The notes beneath the pieces are model-generated. The model made no database searches, had not been told where the DNA came from, and saw only the letters and a list, made by a program, of their open reading frames with translations. This document shows positions 61,027-62,788 of a DNA stretch of 62,788 bases, piece by piece (positions within the stretch are counted from its first letter, which is position 1; each line of letters starts with the position of its first letter). This stretch comes from Candidatus Omnitrophota bacterium (lineage in GTDB: Bacteria > Omnitrophota > Gorgyraeia > Gygaellales > Profunditerraquicolaceae): contig JAHKAP010000035.1 of NCBI GenBank assembly GCA_018825985.1, forward strand, positions 1 through 62,788, read 5' to 3'. The position numbers and the translations under genes are program-made.

Positions 61027-61638
61027 ATGAATAGATGTGCTTTTTTCGCGGACGGTTTTAATATATACCATTCTTTAGACGCATTACCCTCCTATTATAA
61101 ATATAAATGGCTAAACCTCGCCAAGCTAGCAAAAACATTTATTGCTTCATCCAGTGAAATTACCAGCATATTTTACTTCACTACTTATATTACCTGGGAT
61201 CAAAGGAAACTAGCCAGGCATCAGATATATGTTAGGGCTTTACAATCGGAAGGCGTCCAGCCAGTTTTTGGCGAGTTCCGGCGGGTGGATAGGGTATGCA
61301 AAGTTTGCCACAGGCAATACCAGACTTTTGAGGAAAAACAAACCGATGTTAACATCGCGATTAAGCTTTTTGAGACTGCTGTGACTGACCTATGGGATAC
61401 AGCAATAATCATTTCAGGAGATAGCGATTTGATACCGGCCCTGAAGGCAGTAAAAGCTACGTTCCCCACAAAGAAGGTTGGTATAATTATTCCCATAGCT
61501 AGAAGGGCTGAAGAGCTAAAGCAAGCGGCTGATTTTCACATGAAGATTAAAGAAAAGCACTTGATGAGTTGCCAGTTTGAAGATATGGTAATTATCGATA
61601 AGAATACAAAGTTGACTCGTCCAATTACTTGGAAATAG
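61027..61638 (+). CDS. NYN-domain (LabA/PIN-like) ribonuclease
   Basis: AFFADGFNIYHS, EKQTDVNIAIKL and IIISGDSDLIPALK (acidic residues of the NYN fold). Confidence 0.75.
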   Translation: MNRCAFFADGFNIYHSLDALPSYYKYKWLNLAKLAKTFIASSSEITSIFYFTTYITWDQRKLARHQIYVRALQSEGVQPVFGEFRRVDRVCKVCHRQYQTFEEKQTDVNIAIKLFETAVTDLWDTAIIISGDSDLIPALKAVKATFPTKKVGIIIPIARRAEELKQAADFHMKIKEKHLMSCQFEDMVIIDKNTKLTRPITWK

Positions 61639-61760
61639 CCGCATGATATCACAATTTGCGGAATAGGGACCGGGTCCCTTGGGTTTAAGCTTATGTGATA
61701 TAATGAATTCCAGCAAGTCAGTTTGCACTTTTTAAATTAGGGGGTTTTGGGGCGAAAGAG

Positions 61761-61794
61761 GGAAACTGTTTCCGAGTTGTTCGGGACAGTGGGG
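61761..61794 (+). repeat. same repeat, copy 5, in the accessory island spacer
   Basis: ggaaactgtttccgagttgttcgggacagtgggg followed by the GC-rich cggggcggcggtgggtg. Confidence 0.85.
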
Positions 61795-61811
61795 CGGGGC
61801 GGCGGTGGGTG

Positions 61812-61860
61812 TTCTTTGAAAATAGTGAGTTAGATTTGGTCTCTTCTCGCGTCTATTAAT
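61812..61860 (+). repeat. island junction element, copy B (contains GTTAGAT at 61829-61835)
   Basis: ttctttgaaaatagtgagttagatttggtctcttctcgcgtctattaat matches copy C at roughly 38 of 49 positions. Confidence 0.75.
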
Positions 61861-61873
61861 ATAGAGAATGAAG

Positions 61874-61930
61874 ATGGCTATATATTATATGTATAATTAT
61901 ATTGACAAATAGCCATATTAATGTTATATT
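61874..61930 (+). promoter_or_regulatory. brnTA promoter with flanking operator-like inverted repeat
   Basis: TTGACA (61902-61907), 17-nt spacer, TATATT (61925-61930). The inverted repeat ATGGCTAT (61874-61881) / ATAGCCAT (61909-61916) brackets the -35 box. Confidence 0.6.
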
Positions 61931-61934
61931 TTGA

Positions 61935-62234
61935 TTGTGGGGCAGAGATTTGGATATAATATTCGGAAGTTTTGTTTGGGACGAGGCCAAAGAATCAGCA
62001 AACCTATATAAACATGGAGTTAATTTTGTCATTGCTTGCAGGGTATTTAAGGACGCGGATAGGAAGATATATATTGATTTAAAGCATACTAGTAAAGAAG
62101 AAAGATTTTTCTGCATAGGAAAAGTTGAAGATAAAGTTTTAACCGTCAGGTTTACTTATCGCGGAGATAAAATTAGGATTATCGGAGCCGGATATTGGAG
62201 AAAGGGAAAAGATTACTATGAAAGCAAGGAATAA
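61935..62234 (+). CDS. brnT: BrnT-family toxin (DUF497)
   Basis: FVWDEAKESANLYKHGVNFVIACRVFKD ... EERFFCIGKVEDKVLTVRFTYRGDKIRIIGAGYWRKGKDYY. The TTG start position is uncertain. Confidence 0.85.
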   Translation: MWGRDLDIIFGSFVWDEAKESANLYKHGVNFVIACRVFKDADRKIYIDLKHTSKEERFFCIGKVEDKVLTVRFTYRGDKIRIIGAGYWRKGKDYYESKE

Positions 62235-62451
62235 TAATTCAGATATGCCTATCGGGAAATTGACCAAAATAAAGGATTTTCTTCCTCCGCCAGCTGAATT
62301 GGCGATTCCGGAAGAAACTGAAAAGATCACTATATCGCTTAATAAGTCCAGCATTGAATTCTTTAAGCGCCAGGCCCAGCAACATAATACTAAATACCAG
62401 AGGATGATCCGCGAGCTAATTGATAAATACGCCACACAATACTCAAAATAA
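62218..62451 (+). CDS. brnA: BrnA-family antitoxin (CopG/RHH-like)
   Basis: DFLPPPAEL ... ITISLNKSSIEFFKRQAQQHNTKYQRMIRELIDKY. It overlaps brnT by 17 nt. Confidence 0.85.
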   Translation: MKARNNNSDMPIGKLTKIKDFLPPPAELAIPEETEKITISLNKSSIEFFKRQAQQHNTKYQRMIRELIDKYATQYSK

Positions 62452-62574
62452 AACTAGGGAAGTGGGGACGTTTCCCAAAGTGACACCCTTTTAATTTGTA
62501 AATTATGCCACGAGAAAGAATTGCGCGGCGACAGAAGGATATATCCCGGCTGCTGAGAGAAAATAAATAGAATA

Positions 62575-62608
62575 GGGACACCCTCGCAGCTAAAGCTAAG
62601 GGTGTCCC
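62575..62608. repeat. hairpin repeat AATAGGGACACCC-N16-GGGTGTCCC, second copy
   Basis: Arms at 62575-62583 and 62600-62608. Confidence 0.75.
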
Positions 62609-62611
62609 CAG

Positions 62612-62660
62612 CTCTTTGAAAATTTGAGTTAGATTCGGCCTTCTTTTACGTCTGTTATGT
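62612..62660 (+). repeat. island junction element, copy C (GTTAGAT at 62628-62634)
   Basis: ctctttgaaaatttgagttagattcggccttcttttacgtctgttatgt. Confidence 0.75.
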
Positions 62661-62788
62661 TAGAGAGTGTGTCAAGCTATTTCATAACTAAGGGCTAAGT
62701 TTAGGAGCCTTTTAACTTTCTGTTATTCGTGGCAACCGAGTGTAACTTTCGGTTCACACTCTTTAATTTTGCGTTTTGGAGCCTAGGG

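Noticed and set aside
60588-62660. Calling the 3' island a bona fide integron cassette array with attC sites.
   Set aside because: Only the GTT...AAC hallmarks are partially present. The putative attC would be atypically long, one unit lacks the R''-like box, conservation extends beyond the crossover point, and no integrase is visible. It is kept as a hypothesis in the findings rather than annotated as a mobile element.

Overview
This is a 62.8-kb bacterial chromosomal window, and almost all coding is on the + strand. All domain and gene calls come from recognising motifs by eye in the supplied translations. No database or HMM search was run.

(1) nt 56-21763 is one uninterrupted 21.7-kb ORF of at least 7235 aa.
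- The frame is already open at nt 2, so the gene may begin upstream of the window.
- It is not a repetitive adhesin and not an NRPS/PKS.
- It strings together more than 12 unrelated modules that look complete: TPR, GNAT, a degenerate GGDEF-like module, a transglutaminase-like Cys peptidase, an alpha/beta hydrolase, HAD, an NPPY methyltransferase, a Pol-beta nucleotidyltransferase, a Leu/Glu-type dehydrogenase, radical SAM/SPASM, an HExxH peptidase and two transmembrane blocks.
- These modules are punctuated about 30 times by a short [A/S]-S-S-P-[V/I/A] peptide.
- This polyprotein-like, operon-in-one-chain architecture is my main candidate for something undescribed.

(2) 21.8-24 kb is a c-di-GMP-type signalling cluster: a tandem-PilZ protein, a single-PilZ protein and a convergent ComFB-CheR fusion.

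(3) 24-58 kb is a conserved housekeeping block.
- It contains msbA, rfaE1, kdsB-kdsA-kdsD-kdsC, a fused lptC/lptA-like gene, lptB, tig, clpP, a class-V aminotransferase, serA, purA and the DUF4912 + GH57 branching-enzyme pair.
- It continues with uppS-cdsA-dxr-rseP-ispG-proS, rimP-nusA-infB, trpS, scpA and ruvB.
- The Kdo/Lpt genes indicate a diderm, LPS-bearing bacterium.

(4) 58.0-62.8 kb is a visibly AT-richer accessory island.
- It carries a 788-aa protein with tandem TIR/NDT-like domains plus a P-loop NTPase (a defence candidate).
- It also carries an NYN RNase gene preceded by a promoter-hairpin-terminator RNA unit, and a brnT/brnA toxin-antitoxin pair.
- These units are separated by a repeated junction element containing GTTAGAT.

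Three repeat types recur across the window:
- several families of palindromic intergenic repeats;
- a ~35-nt repeat found both in spacers and in frame inside the giant ORF;
- heptanucleotide tandem repeats inserted in frame in coding DNA (the giant ORF and ispG).

I recognised no rRNA, tRNA, CRISPR array, transposase or integrase.
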